Part shown: positions 1-10,167 of the stretch, in pieces
Layout: every line of letters begins with the position of its first letter
Numbering within the stretch: position 1 is the stretch's first letter
Origin: Coleofasciculus chthonoplastes F2-STO-03
Lineage (GTDB): Bacteria; Cyanobacteriota; Cyanobacteriia; Cyanobacteriales; Coleofasciculaceae
NCBI GenBank assembly: GCA_040222015.1
Contig: JAVJWO010000165.1
Coordinates: forward strand, 1 to 64,000
Length of the DNA stretch: 64,000 nucleotides
Reading direction: 5' to 3'
Program-made: the position numbers and the translations under genes
The notes under the pieces: generated by a model
Told to the model about the DNA's origin: nothing
Database searches by the model: none
What the model saw: only the letters and a program-made list of their open reading frames with translations

Positions 1-1
1 T

Positions 2-373
2 CGCATTTTTGCCAAAATTCTCACGAAGCGGGGTGGCTTGAATGTCAAGGGAACCGAAGATGTAGAGGAGGTCATGAAAATTGCCCAGGCGGGAGATGCA
101 GATATTATCTTGATGGATGTTTCCCTGGCTCACAGTGTTTACCAGGGTAAGCCAGTCGATGGCATCAAGATTACCCAGATGCTGAAAGCTGATGCTCAAA
201 CCAGCAATCTGCCCATTCTATTAATCACGGCTAATATGACAGATGGTATGATGGAAGGCGAGCGCGAAAACTTCCTTAAGCAAACTGGTGCGGATGGTTA
301 TATTCAAAAACCTGTTGTTGATCATCAACAGTTTGTCGATCAAATCCTGGCACTTTTGCCTAAAGATGATTAG
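2..373 (+). CDS. Response regulator receiver protein (5' partial)
   Basis: ILMDVSL phosphoacceptor motif, ITA and QKP receiver motifs; frame is open to the window edge. Confidence 0.85.
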   Translation, partial: RIFAKILTKRGGLNVKGTEDVEEVMKIAQAGDADIILMDVSLAHSVYQGKPVDGIKITQMLKADAQTSNLPILLITANMTDGMMEGERENFLKQTGADGYIQKPVVDHQQFVDQILALLPKDD

Positions 374-382
374 TACATCAGC

Positions 383-1824
383 TTGACATCCTCCCCCGGC
401 TAAAAGCGCGGGGTATTCCCTACCAGATTGCCCAGCCGGCAAATTCCAGATAATCGAATATGTCCCAATCATAGGGATCTGGATTTTCAGGCGGGATAAC
501 CTCTCGGAGGGTTGACAGCTCATCACACACTGCCTCAAAAGAGGTCTTACACGCGCTCCCTGTCCATTTAACGTCGTGGGTATGCCCTACCCCGACTCGT
601 TCTATATTTATGGATGCATTATCATCCCTATCGTGTTCTGTGCCACAGTTGACACATACAACTGTTCTAACTGATAGGTCTAATTTCCCCCATCGGTAGC
701 CGCATTCGGAGCATACCTGACTGGTAGGTTCCCATCGGCTGATGACCCTGAAATCTCGACCATATTTATCAGCCTTGGACTCACACATTGTCCGGAATTC
801 ATACCAGCCAGCTTGACTGATTGCCCGTGAGAGTTTGCGGTTTTTGAGCATTCCCCCTACGTTGAGATCCTCTAACACTGTGACTTGGTTCTCGTTGACG
901 ACCTTAGAGGATAACTTGTGCAGGAAGTCCTTGCGCTTGTCCCTAATTCGGGCATTCAGTTTAGCCACCTTACGACGCATTTGCTCACGTCGCTTACTCC
1001 CTTTTTCTCGTTTAGCCAACCGTCTTTGGTAGCGTTTAAGCTTTCGGTACAGGTAGCCATAATCCGGACTATCGATCTTTTCCTTGTTGCTGCATGATGC
1101 AAATGTTTTCAGCCCTAGATCTATCCCGATTGATGGATATAGGGCGGGTTTAATTTCTGGCTGTACCTCTACCACGAAGCTTAAGAAGTATCTACCGCTA
1201 GCGTCTTTGATGGCGGTTACAGACGTGGGTTCAGAGGGCAAAGGACGTGACCATTTGACCTTTAGGTCGCCAATCTTGGCAAGATAGACTTTTTCTCCTT
1301 TGAGAGAAAAAGCACTTTTAGTGAAACGCGCCGATTGCCTGCTGGTCTTTTTCTTGAACCGAGGTCGCTTAAGTTTTTTACCTTTGCGCTTACCCTTTTT
1401 GGACGAGAAATAATTGCTAAATGCTATTCCTAAGTCCGCAATTGACTGCTGTAGTGGAGTAGCCGACACCAGTCCTAACCATTCCCGCTGGCTAGTCTTT
1501 TTGGCTTGCGTTATACAAATTTTCTGGAGTTCACTATTCTTGGGTAGCTTATCCGACCGTTTGCATAAGGCAAGTGCATCATTCCAGACAACTCTCACGC
1601 ACCCAAATAATTGGGCTAATGCTATTCGCTGACCGGGAGTGGGATAAATCCTGTACTGGTATCTTGATTTCATGAATCGACCTCTCATGATTACCTAGTA
1701 TTGTATACACTTATAAGGCGAGTGTCATTCGGAATATTTGACTGGCAAATAAATTTGCTGCCTAAGCGGTTCGCTCGGTTTCATCCCCCGATTAAAATAC
1801 GGGGGCTTTCACCATCGCTTATCT
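383..1824 (-). mobile_element. IS200/IS605-family element carrying tnpB only (IS1341-like)
   Basis: Minus-strand right end ...GCCGGGGGAGGATGTCAA with subterminal hairpin; left-end hairpin at about 1783-1806 preceded by TTAC; no tnpA inside. Confidence 0.8.
420..1673 (-). CDS. tnpB: RNA-guided endonuclease TnpB
   Basis: N-terminal YRIYPT HTH; RuvC motifs GIDLG, VLEDL, HDRDDNA; CxxC...CxxC zinc ribbon. Confidence 0.95.
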   Translation of the reverse strand: MKSRYQYRIYPTPGQRIALAQLFGCVRVVWNDALALCKRSDKLPKNSELQKICITQAKKTSQREWLGLVSATPLQQSIADLGIAFSNYFSSKKGKRKGKKLKRPRFKKKTSRQSARFTKSAFSLKGEKVYLAKIGDLKVKWSRPLPSEPTSVTAIKDASGRYFLSFVVEVQPEIKPALYPSIGIDLGLKTFASCSNKEKIDSPDYGYLYRKLKRYQRRLAKREKGSKRREQMRRKVAKLNARIRDKRKDFLHKLSSKVVNENQVTVLEDLNVGGMLKNRKLSRAISQAGWYEFRTMCESKADKYGRDFRVISRWEPTSQVCSECGYRWGKLDLSVRTVVCVNCGTEHDRDDNASINIERVGVGHTHDVKWTGSACKTSFEAVCDELSTLREVIPPENPDPYDWDIFDYLEFAGWAIW

Positions 1825-1931
1825 GTAAGCCAGCCGCTTGGTTTATGTCGTTACCATAGAGAAGAAGAACTTAGAAACTTGAGCGCAAAAACTCTGCTGT
1901 AGCAGATTAATGGGAAAACCTGACACAGACT

Positions 1932-3374
1932 ATGGGTAAAGTCAAAAATCCTCTCCCTTGGGTAATGGGATTCATCACAGCCAGCCTTCTTGTCGCGGGT
2001 GGTGCGGGATATTTTGTGATTGCGGCAAAACCAGACACAGTTGATCTTGATGAACTAACTGTGCCAGTGGATGTGCAGGATTTAGCAGTACGGATCACGG
2101 CAAATGGTACGGTACAACCGATTCAAACCGTCAACCTGAGTCCGAAAACCTCAGGTCGTTTGGTCAAGCTAGAAGTCGAACAAGGGGATCGGGTTGACGC
2201 GGGAGACGTGGTGGCGGTAATGGAACAAGAGGATGTTAAAGCTCGGTTTTTAGCCGTCAGAGCTGACCTAAAACAGGCACAAGCCCGTCTCGCTGAAGCC
2301 AAAGCAGGTCCTCGTCCAGAAGAAATTGAACAAGCCAAACAGCGATTTCAGCAAGCACAAGCCCGTTTAGCGGAAGCCCTCGTCGGTAATCCCAGAGAAA
2401 TTGACCAAGCGGTTGCTCAAGCCCAAACTGCCAGTTCCCGCTTAGATTTAGCCACGGTACGAGTCCAACGGTATAAGTACTTAGTGGAAGAGGGAGTAGT
2501 ATCTCAAGATCGGTTTGATGAGGCATTAACGGAAGCCCGTACCGCTAAAGCCCAGCTTGAGGAAGCCAAACAACGTCTAGCCCAAGTCCGCAATACTAAA
2601 AATACCGAGGAGCCAACTAGCCCAGAGATTGTTCAACTCAAAGCGGCGGTCAATGAAGCGGGTTTTGCGGTACAGGAATTGCTCAAAGGAACGCGCCAAG
2701 AAGAAATTGCTCAATTTGAAGCCGCGGTAGAAGCGGCGAAAGCCCAAACCCAAGCTGCCTACATCCAACTACAAGACACGATTATTCGTGCGCCTTTTCC
2801 GGGGATTATTACTCAGAAATATGCCACGGTTGGCGCATTTGTCACGCCAACAACCTCGGCATCAAGTACCGCTTCAGCCACCTCGACTTCAATCGTGGCA
2901 TTAGCCACCAAACAACTGGAAGTTCTGGCTGAAGTCCCAGAGGTTGATATTGGACAAATTCAAGAAAAACAGCCCGTACAAGTTATCTCAGATGCGTTTC
3001 CCGATCAGGCTTTCCGAGGTCAGGTGAGGCTAGTTGCTCCAGAAGCTGTTGTCGAGAATGATGTCACCTCCTTTCAAGTGCGAGTTGCCCTAGCACCTGA
3101 AGCACAAGAGAAATTGCGATCAGGGATGAATGTTGATCTGACATTTTTAGGAAAACCGATTAGCGATGCTCTTGTTGTTCCTACGGTGGCGGTTGTGACT
3201 CAAGAGGGCGAAACTGGGGTTATGGTTCCTGATTTTGAAGATCAGCCGAAGTTTAAACCTGTCACAATTGGAGCAACTATTGAGGATAAAACTCAGATTA
3301 TTAGGGGATTGAGAGAAGGGGAAAAGGTTTTTATTGATTTGCCTGAAAACTATAATCCTGACGAAGAAGAGTAG
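1932..3374 (+). CDS. Efflux RND/HlyD-family periplasmic adaptor subunit
   Basis: N-terminal TM, lipoyl-like halves (GRLVKLEVEQGD, IRAPFPGII), long coiled coil, LRSGMNV. Confidence 0.9.
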   Translation: MGKVKNPLPWVMGFITASLLVAGGAGYFVIAAKPDTVDLDELTVPVDVQDLAVRITANGTVQPIQTVNLSPKTSGRLVKLEVEQGDRVDAGDVVAVMEQEDVKARFLAVRADLKQAQARLAEAKAGPRPEEIEQAKQRFQQAQARLAEALVGNPREIDQAVAQAQTASSRLDLATVRVQRYKYLVEEGVVSQDRFDEALTEARTAKAQLEEAKQRLAQVRNTKNTEEPTSPEIVQLKAAVNEAGFAVQELLKGTRQEEIAQFEAAVEAAKAQTQAAYIQLQDTIIRAPFPGIITQKYATVGAFVTPTTSASSTASATSTSIVALATKQLEVLAEVPEVDIGQIQEKQPVQVISDAFPDQAFRGQVRLVAPEAVVENDVTSFQVRVALAPEAQEKLRSGMNVDLTFLGKPISDALVVPTVAVVTQEGETGVMVPDFEDQPKFKPVTIGATIEDKTQIIRGLREGEKVFIDLPENYNPDEEE

Positions 3375-3482
3375 GAGAAATGTGGAGAAGTTTAAGGGGA
3401 ACCAAGATCGCTAATTGCCAATCCGTCTTTGTCGCCTCTTTTATCTATTGGTCTTCCGAAAAACCCTCTCTAGGTAAACATT

Positions 3483-3715
3483 GTAGGGGCGACCCGCCAT
3501 ACATCTGTGTCAACTTAAGCTCAACCCCTCTCCCCCAGCCCCTCTCCCACGCCGGGGAGAGGGGATGGGGGTGAGGGTTCCCCTTCTCCCCACGGTGGGA
3601 GAAGGGGTTAGGGGATGAGGGGGAAATGTCGAGGAGTAGACAGACACAGCTTAAAACCTTGTCAGTATTAGTTTGCACCTTAAGTTGACACATAAGCACG
3701 TCTATGCGCCCCTAC
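3483..3715. repeat. Nested repeats: GTAGGGGCG/CGCCCCTAC palindrome containing a MITE (TIR TGTGTCAACTTAAG) that contains CCCCTCTCCC-type hairpin repeats
   Basis: TIRs at 3506-3519 and 3679-3692; internal segment recurs near 12000-12245 and 16830-16950. Confidence 0.75.
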
Positions 3716-3732
3716 CGTTAACCAATGACAAA

Positions 3733-6315
3733 TCAAGACGATTTCGCTTCTAGGCTTTCTAGGCGGCTTTTGAGTTCCTGATTCTCTTGCTTAATCTGAT
3801 CCAATTCTTCGCGAAGCTGTTTAATCGCTTTGTCTGAACCCACCTGCTTCTGCACCGTTTGAATCGCTTCTTCCGCCCGCCGACGCACACGCCCATCCGG
3901 TGTTTGATCACATAGCGATCGCAAAACCCCAATCGCTTTGACAGTCTCCATTTGGGCTAAAGCAGAAACCACAGCCACTTGAGTCAGGAAGAACGATTCC
4001 CCAGATAACTCCTCTAACGCCTCCACTATCTCCTCTAGCTTATTCGGGGTTTGACCCGTGGAAATCGTACCTAAAGCCCGAATTGACGCCAGTCGCAAGG
4101 GTTGAGGAACACCGGGCTTGGTATACTCCATAATTACATCTAACGCCTGGGGTGAAGACTTCATCTGACTCAATCCCGCGATCGCACCCGAACGCACGAC
4201 TTCATTCCAACCCGCACGTTCATTCAGGATCGTTGTCAACAGGTGCAGCACCTCATCTGCTTTATCCTTCATACTCCCAGACGCCAGTTTACCCAGCACC
4301 TTCGCCGCCGATGCTTCCACGTAATAGCTAGCATCTCCCCCTTCTAACAGATGCTTTAAAGCTTCATAACTTTCAACCGTTTTCACCTTACTCAAGGCTT
4401 CAACCACCGATCGCCGCACCCGTGCATCTTTATCCTGCAATCCAGCGACTAACGCAACAGAGGCTTGATCCAGTTTGACTTTTGCTAATTGTTTAGCCAC
4501 TTCAACGCGCACCCCCCAGAAGGGATCATCCGTCAAGGCTTCCGCTAACGCCTGAACCACTTCTAATCCCCCCTTCTTCACTAACGCTTGGGCGGCGTAA
4601 ATCCGAGAAACGGGGTCAGGGTCAAATTTAAGTTGGGCTTTCAGTTCAGCTAAAGGATACTCCAGCGTCACTGTTTTTAAGTAATTATTCCCCGCATCAA
4701 AACTAATAAACTGGGGCTTTTTCTCCAAGGGGAAATAGAAACTCTGTTCCCGTTCATGGATGCGAACCTTAAAGGTTTTCAGTGGGGAATCAGCATCAGT
4801 GTAACCAAAGGCGATGGGAATTTTCAGGTCAAATCGCTCATTCTTACTACCATTTTGACTCTCTTTCACTTGAGTTTGCACAACCGTAACTTTGGCTAGC
4901 TGGCTATCTCCATCCCAGGTGTAGCTAACTTTATAGTCGGGATGACCCCCTCGGAAGACATATTGATCAAACAGAAATAGAAGATTTCGACCTGTGGCTT
5001 TTTCAATTGCCCGTAATAGGTCAACAGTTTCTACGGTATTATGAGCATTATCTTGAACAAAGGTTTGAATGGTTTTCCAGAATAACTCATCCCCCAATTC
5101 TGCCCGGATTATATGATAAACACAAGCCCCTTTTTCATAAAGGTGGCGGTCATACAATTCAATCGCTTCTCGGTAAATATGGGTAACAATCGGGCGGCGA
5201 TAGCGGGAGGTGTCTTCCTGGATGTAGCTGCGGGCTTCATTAAGTAGATAATACGCCGCATCATCTTTCCCATACTCCTGTTCAGTCCACAAAACCTCCG
5301 TATAAGACGCCATTCCTTCTTTAATCCAAGCATGGGACCAATGCTTGATCACCACCAAGTCGCCAAACCATTGGTGTGCCAATTCGTGGGCGACTAAGCT
5401 TTCGGTACGCAGACTATCAAGCGCCGCCCGTTCATCCAGTAAACAGCGATCGGTAAGTAGGGTGGTGGAGGTGTTTTCCATCCCCCCAAAGATAAAGTCA
5501 TCAACACAGACTTGGGCGTATTTGGGATAAGGATAGGGATAGCCAAAGACATGACTAAAGAAGTCCATCATTTTTGGCGTCTTACCCATACTGCGCCGCG
5601 CGTCGGCTTCCCGCCCTTTTTCCACATAATAGGTAACGGGTTTTCCTTGCCATTCATCCCGAATTTCGGCAAAGTCCCCTACCGCCAAGGTCATTAAATA
5701 GGTAGGATGAACGTGGTTTTGTAACCAGTGATAAGTTGTGCGATCGCCCTCTTCTTGAGTACCGATCAGTTCCCCGTTGGATATCGCCATCAAGGGTTTA
5801 GGAACCGTGACGCGCAGTTCAGAACTCGCTAATTGACCGGGATAATCGAAACAGGGGAACCAGAAGCGGGAGTCTTCATCTTCTCCCTGTGTCCACACCT
5901 GGGTGGGTTTGTTGGGGTAATGTTGGGTGGGAGTGATGAAATAGATACCCCGTTGCGGCTGTTCAACCTGATACGCGATCGCGATTTTTACCTCTTTCCC
6001 CGCCTCAGTCGGGTTACGAAGCTGGATCTGTAGTTGTTCCCCATCACAGTCAAAGGGTTGGGATTCCCCATTAATCTGCACCGATTCAATCGTCAGGTTC
6101 ACCGCATCCAGGACAAACTGACGGATATCATCACGCACTGGCGTTAGGGTAATGGTACAATTCCCCTCTAAGCGCTGCTTGGGGATATCCAAGACCAAAT
6201 CCAGGAAAATATGATTCACTTGTCCCGGGCGATCGGGGTTGTAGTGGGGTCTAGCACCGGGTAATTCAAAGGACTTGTGACCGTTTTGATCCGAATCAAA
6301 ATAAGACTGTGCCAT
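3733..6315 (-). CDS. pepN: M1-family aminopeptidase N with C-terminal HEAT repeats
   Basis: GGMEN and HELAHQWFGD...WIKEG zinc motif; HEAT-like repeats; ATG at 6315 preferred. Confidence 0.93.
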   Translation of the reverse strand: MAQSYFDSDQNGHKSFELPGARPHYNPDRPGQVNHIFLDLVLDIPKQRLEGNCTITLTPVRDDIRQFVLDAVNLTIESVQINGESQPFDCDGEQLQIQLRNPTEAGKEVKIAIAYQVEQPQRGIYFITPTQHYPNKPTQVWTQGEDEDSRFWFPCFDYPGQLASSELRVTVPKPLMAISNGELIGTQEEGDRTTYHWLQNHVHPTYLMTLAVGDFAEIRDEWQGKPVTYYVEKGREADARRSMGKTPKMMDFFSHVFGYPYPYPKYAQVCVDDFIFGGMENTSTTLLTDRCLLDERAALDSLRTESLVAHELAHQWFGDLVVIKHWSHAWIKEGMASYTEVLWTEQEYGKDDAAYYLLNEARSYIQEDTSRYRRPIVTHIYREAIELYDRHLYEKGACVYHIIRAELGDELFWKTIQTFVQDNAHNTVETVDLLRAIEKATGRNLLFLFDQYVFRGGHPDYKVSYTWDGDSQLAKVTVVQTQVKESQNGSKNERFDLKIPIAFGYTDADSPLKTFKVRIHEREQSFYFPLEKKPQFISFDAGNNYLKTVTLEYPLAELKAQLKFDPDPVSRIYAAQALVKKGGLEVVQALAEALTDDPFWGVRVEVAKQLAKVKLDQASVALVAGLQDKDARVRRSVVEALSKVKTVESYEALKHLLEGGDASYYVEASAAKVLGKLASGSMKDKADEVLHLLTTILNERAGWNEVVRSGAIAGLSQMKSSPQALDVIMEYTKPGVPQPLRLASIRALGTISTGQTPNKLEEIVEALEELSGESFFLTQVAVVSALAQMETVKAIGVLRSLCDQTPDGRVRRRAEEAIQTVQKQVGSDKAIKQLREELDQIKQENQELKSRLESLEAKSS

Positions 6316-6567
6316 GAATGTGTCAAACGTTAACAGAACAACTACAAGTATCTCCTCCTTCCAGGTTAGCTTGTCTCCCCTTCTGTCGGTCAATGCGAAT
6401 CCAGGTTCTAACGGGGAACTCTCTTAATCTTAAGCAATCATGGCTCAAAAAATAAGTTTTCGTAGGGTGGGTTAGGCGGTGTTTTTCTCAGGACAATAAC
6501 TATTTAATGAAATATCCGCCGTAACCCACCACTATTCACGGGAGCGTCTATCATTTACCCTACCTTA

Positions 6568-6645
6568 TATAGCAATAGACACATCGATTAGGACGTTCGG
6601 CACCATTGTAGAGACGCGCCATGGCGCGTCTCTACATAAATGATG
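6568..6645. repeat. Truncated copy of a MITE also present at 37287-37392
   Basis: About 78 bp identical to the 5' part of the 37287 copy; contains GTAGAGACGCGCCATGGCGCGTCTCTAC palindrome. Confidence 0.75.
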
Positions 6646-6663
6646 GGTTAATACGTTCCCCTT

Positions 6664-8781
6664 TTAAGCGGAAACAATGTAATCCGAATCAATCACACTC
6701 ACTTTATTCTCATCCACTAATGCTTGATAAACCATAGCCGCCACCTCCCCACGAGTAGCCGCTTTGGTTGGATTAAGTTTTTTGACATCGGGGTGATTCA
6801 CCACAATTTGTTTTTTCGTTGCTGTGACTACTTCCTCCTTACCATAGTCAGGAATATCATCGCTATCCTCGTAAACATTTAAGGCATTATCATCGGATTC
6901 TGATAATCCTAATCCATTCACCAAAGACACCAGAACCTGAACCCGTTCTACATTATCTCCCTGGCGGAACATATCACCAGGATAACCAGACAGAAATTCG
7001 CCGCGATAGGCTGTTTGAATCGCATCCTTTGCCCAAGACTTATCACTAACATCGAGGAAGTTTTTGGCTTCCCGTTTGGGTTCAGGGTCAAAGGCTTTAA
7101 CCAATAATGCCGCATATTGGGCGCGGGTCATTTTTTCATTGGGTTTAAATGTACCATCGCCAAAACCGCTAATTAACCCTTTGTTGAGTAATCCTTCAAT
7201 AAACAGTTTTGCCCAGTGGTTTTGGATATCGGCGAAGGTTTTGGGTTGGTCATCATCGGAAATAGCGCTAACAATATAGTCTGAGTTAACTTCACTCACC
7301 TGATTCGCATCAACCAGCGCCTGATATACCATAGCGGCTACCTCAGCACGGGTAGCATCTTTGGTCGGGTTAAGTTGTTCCGTCTTGGGATAACTCACCA
7401 CAATTTCTTTCTTCGTTGCCGTGTTGACTTCATCTTTGGCATAATCGGGGATAGCGTCGCGATCGCTATAGGTATTAAACACGGTTCCATCACTTGCCGA
7501 TAACCCCAATCCATTCACCAAAGACACAATCACTTGCGCCCGTTGCACATTATCATTGGGTTTAAAGATATTGTTAGGAAAACCCGATAGGAATTCGCCG
7601 CGATAAGCCTGTTGAATCACATCCTTTGCCCAGAAATCATCAGCAACATCGGTGAAATTTATCCCATCCCGTTTCGTCGAGGGGTTGAAGGCTTTCACTA
7701 ATAACGCCGTATATTGAGCGCGGGTCATTTTTTCATCGGGCTTAAATGTACCATCTTTAAAGCCGCTAATTAATTCTTTGTCGAGTAATCCTTGAATAAA
7801 GGGTTTTGCCCAGTGGTTTTGAATATCGGAGAAGCTATCCGGTGTTTTACTTCCACCATCACCATCACCGTCACCACCATCTCCACCATCTCCACCGCCA
7901 CCATCGCTGATACTGCCTTCAATTTGAATTAATCCACTCACTTGATTACTCGTCAACTGATTTCCCCAAGACAGCAGTGTATTTTTGCTGGAGTTGAGAA
8001 TCGCAAATTTGCCATTGTTGCGAAAAATATTATTACCCAGATCCTCTTTGCTTTTCCCTAAATCAGGCTCAGCATTACCTGTCACAGCAATACCGTATTC
8101 TTCATTATCTTCAATGGTGTTATTTCGCAGGATAGGTTTAGAATCGACAGAAATTCCCACGCCGAATCGGTTTTCGGTAATGAGATTATCGACAACTCGC
8201 GGCGTCGCCTCACCATCAATACTAATCCCATAACCTGCTCCTTTACAGGTATTATCTTTAATTTCTCCTTGAGCCTTTTTGGTAAAGGAGATGCCATTGC
8301 CACCGTTATCAATAAAGTCATTATCAACAACCTTAGGTTTAGCGGTTCCGGTAGCTAAAACCCCTTCGCGATTACATTGAGTAAAGGTACAGTTTGTTAT
8401 AGTCGGATCAGTCGATTCGATCCAAATCCCTGTGCCGCGTGTGGCTTTATTCGTCACCGTGACACCGCGCACTTCGGTTGTATCTTCCAGTAAAAAGGTT
8501 ATATTTTGTTTAGCCAGCGTGGGACTAATATACTCGCCATTCCCTTCAATTACAATACCATTGCCTTTATTTCCTTCATTGCCTACCAGTTTGACCCCAG
8601 ATGGGACTTGCAGTGGGAAAATCTCGCCACTCGTCCCATTATAGGTTCCCGCCGCCAGTTGGATGGTTGTATCGGCTTGGGCTTGTTGCAGGGCTTTGGA
8701 CAAGGTTTTAAAGGGAGCAGATTGGTCACCCGCCGCGCTATCGTCTCCGGTAGCGGGATTAACGTAAAGAGTTTGAGCCAT
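6664..8781 (-). CDS. DUF1565/parallel beta-helix protein with two S-layer homology (SLH) triplets
   Basis: LYVNPATGDD...PFKTL N-terminus, beta-helix repeats, Gly/Asp linker, duplicated FxDIQNHWAK SLH blocks. Confidence 0.85.
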   Translation of the reverse strand: MAQTLYVNPATGDDSAAGDQSAPFKTLSKALQQAQADTTIQLAAGTYNGTSGEIFPLQVPSGVKLVGNEGNKGNGIVIEGNGEYISPTLAKQNITFLLEDTTEVRGVTVTNKATRGTGIWIESTDPTITNCTFTQCNREGVLATGTAKPKVVDNDFIDNGGNGISFTKKAQGEIKDNTCKGAGYGISIDGEATPRVVDNLITENRFGVGISVDSKPILRNNTIEDNEEYGIAVTGNAEPDLGKSKEDLGNNIFRNNGKFAILNSSKNTLLSWGNQLTSNQVSGLIQIEGSISDGGGGDGGDGGDGDGDGGSKTPDSFSDIQNHWAKPFIQGLLDKELISGFKDGTFKPDEKMTRAQYTALLVKAFNPSTKRDGINFTDVADDFWAKDVIQQAYRGEFLSGFPNNIFKPNDNVQRAQVIVSLVNGLGLSASDGTVFNTYSDRDAIPDYAKDEVNTATKKEIVVSYPKTEQLNPTKDATRAEVAAMVYQALVDANQVSEVNSDYIVSAISDDDQPKTFADIQNHWAKLFIEGLLNKGLISGFGDGTFKPNEKMTRAQYAALLVKAFDPEPKREAKNFLDVSDKSWAKDAIQTAYRGEFLSGYPGDMFRQGDNVERVQVLVSLVNGLGLSESDDNALNVYEDSDDIPDYGKEEVVTATKKQIVVNHPDVKKLNPTKAATRGEVAAMVYQALVDENKVSVIDSDYIVSA

Positions 8782-9063
8782 AATGTAATCTATCTATCGA
8801 AACAATAATGAGAGTATTGACTTGAGATAATGGTGAATGTTTCCCAGCATAGGCTCGACTTGTAGCAAAAATCATCCTTCATTAGGGTGAAATCTAGCGA
8901 CTCACGGTTCCCTAAAAAGACATACTTTTAACCTTCAAATCACCTTCTCAACTTAATTTGACAGACGTGCGGGTTAAGTGGTTTCTGTCAAGCCGGAGTC
9001 GGCTTGCATCCCTTACTACGATCACGGCGCTAGAATGAGTATGGCTTGATTTCCCGGAAAACA

Positions 9064-9336
9064 ATGGCTTTAGAACCCTGTAAGGTGTGTGGTTCCCTAA
9101 CTAGCACGAATGATGAAATTTGCATGATTTGTGGCTATCCGGCGAAAGGACGCCCGAAGATGATTTGGTTTAAGTGGATGGCGCTGATTCTGGCGCTGGC
9201 TATTGGTTTACCTTTAATTATTGCTACGGTTCAAAATCTAGTGAGTTCAGAGACGCCGATTCAATCCGTACCCTCTGAAATTGACACTCCCGGCTCTAAA
9301 GAGACGGGGATACCTTCTTCTCCGATCCGCCGTTAG
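9064..9336 (+). CDS. Small zinc-ribbon membrane protein
   Basis: CKVC...CMIC followed by one TM helix; 3' end runs into an IS-end remnant. Confidence 0.55.
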   Translation: MALEPCKVCGSLTSTNDEICMICGYPAKGRPKMIWFKWMALILALAIGLPLIIATVQNLVSSETPIQSVPSEIDTPGSKETGIPSSPIRR

Positions 9337-9460
9337 ACGACAGGATTGCTCCAATCGCTTGCGTAGGGCAGTTTTTCACCTATCATGGCTTAGACGCTTG
9401 CACTCAATGTATCGATCTGCATCTCGATGAGAAGCCGATGAGTTCTCAAAGTTTTCAGTT
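9281..9460 (-). mobile_element. Orphan IS200/IS605 right end / omegaRNA-like remnant with no tnpB
   Basis: TTGACACTCCCGGCTCTAAAGAGACGGGGAT closely resembles the TnpB right end at 23487-23519; upstream boundary uncertain. Confidence 0.55.
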
Positions 9461-9664
9461 ATAAACTCCGATAACTACCCGTTTGAATGAGGATGTTGAG
9501 TCAAATCGATTATCCTCTAGATCCTAATGCACATCTGTGAATGTCCCTACACAAAGCTACTACTCTCTCTATTCTCCAATTACAACAAAAACATAGACAG
9601 GATGTATTAGGCTATTGATTCCCGGAGAGCGATCGCGAAATAGTCCATCACAGAGCAGGAGAAT

Positions 9665-9976
9665 ATGATGCATTATCCCAACTATACTACTGAATCCCCA
9701 GAACGATTCCCTCATAGTACAAATGCTCTATATCAAGAGCGACTGGATGAGAATTTGCAAGATGTATCACTGACTAATCTGGAATCGATTCCTTTCTTTG
9801 AATTTATCCCCGCGACACCGAAATCGCCGCCAGGAGTTTTGAGAATTGCAGGTGTGGTGATTCTCTTGGTGGTATTGGGGATAAGTGGCGCGATCGCCTT
9901 AAGTAGTTGGACAAGAGGAAACGGCTCTGTACTAAGTCTTGTAAATAGTCCTCAAACCCTGACAAAGGACAAATGA
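9665..9976 (+). CDS. Hypothetical single-TM protein
   Basis: ORF with one hydrophobic helix; ends in a heptamer repeat array. Confidence 0.5.
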   Translation: MMHYPNYTTESPERFPHSTNALYQERLDENLQDVSLTNLESIPFFEFIPATPKSPPGVLRIAGVVILLVVLGISGAIALSSWTRGNGSVLSLVNSPQTLTKDK

Positions 9977-10006
9977 CAAAGGACAAATGACAAAGGACGA
10001 AGGACA
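9961..10006. repeat. Short tandem heptamer repeats (STRR-type GACAAAT/GACAAAG)
   Basis: Same family recurs near 19220, 22370, 43120, 51610, 56755 and 60950. Confidence 0.85.
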
Positions 10007-10167
10007 ATGAATGAACATCATTATTATATTGGTTTACTACTAATCTTGCTGGTATTCGGGTTTGAACTCCTAGTTCAGTCAGCCGATATCAACGCCGGAT
10101 CACGAGTGCGATCGCGTGCGTCGCGTCAGGAAGATAGTTTATTAGTTAGTCGTTGAGATGGAATGGG

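Noticed and set aside
3380..3699. ORFs encoding SPSSPNPFSHRGEKG-type peptides (also 16606-16902, 22181-22591, 32596-32937)
   Set aside because: Translations of intergenic repeats
6664..7830. Duplicated SLH block as an assembly error
   Set aside because: The two copies differ at many positions, consistent with a real internal duplication
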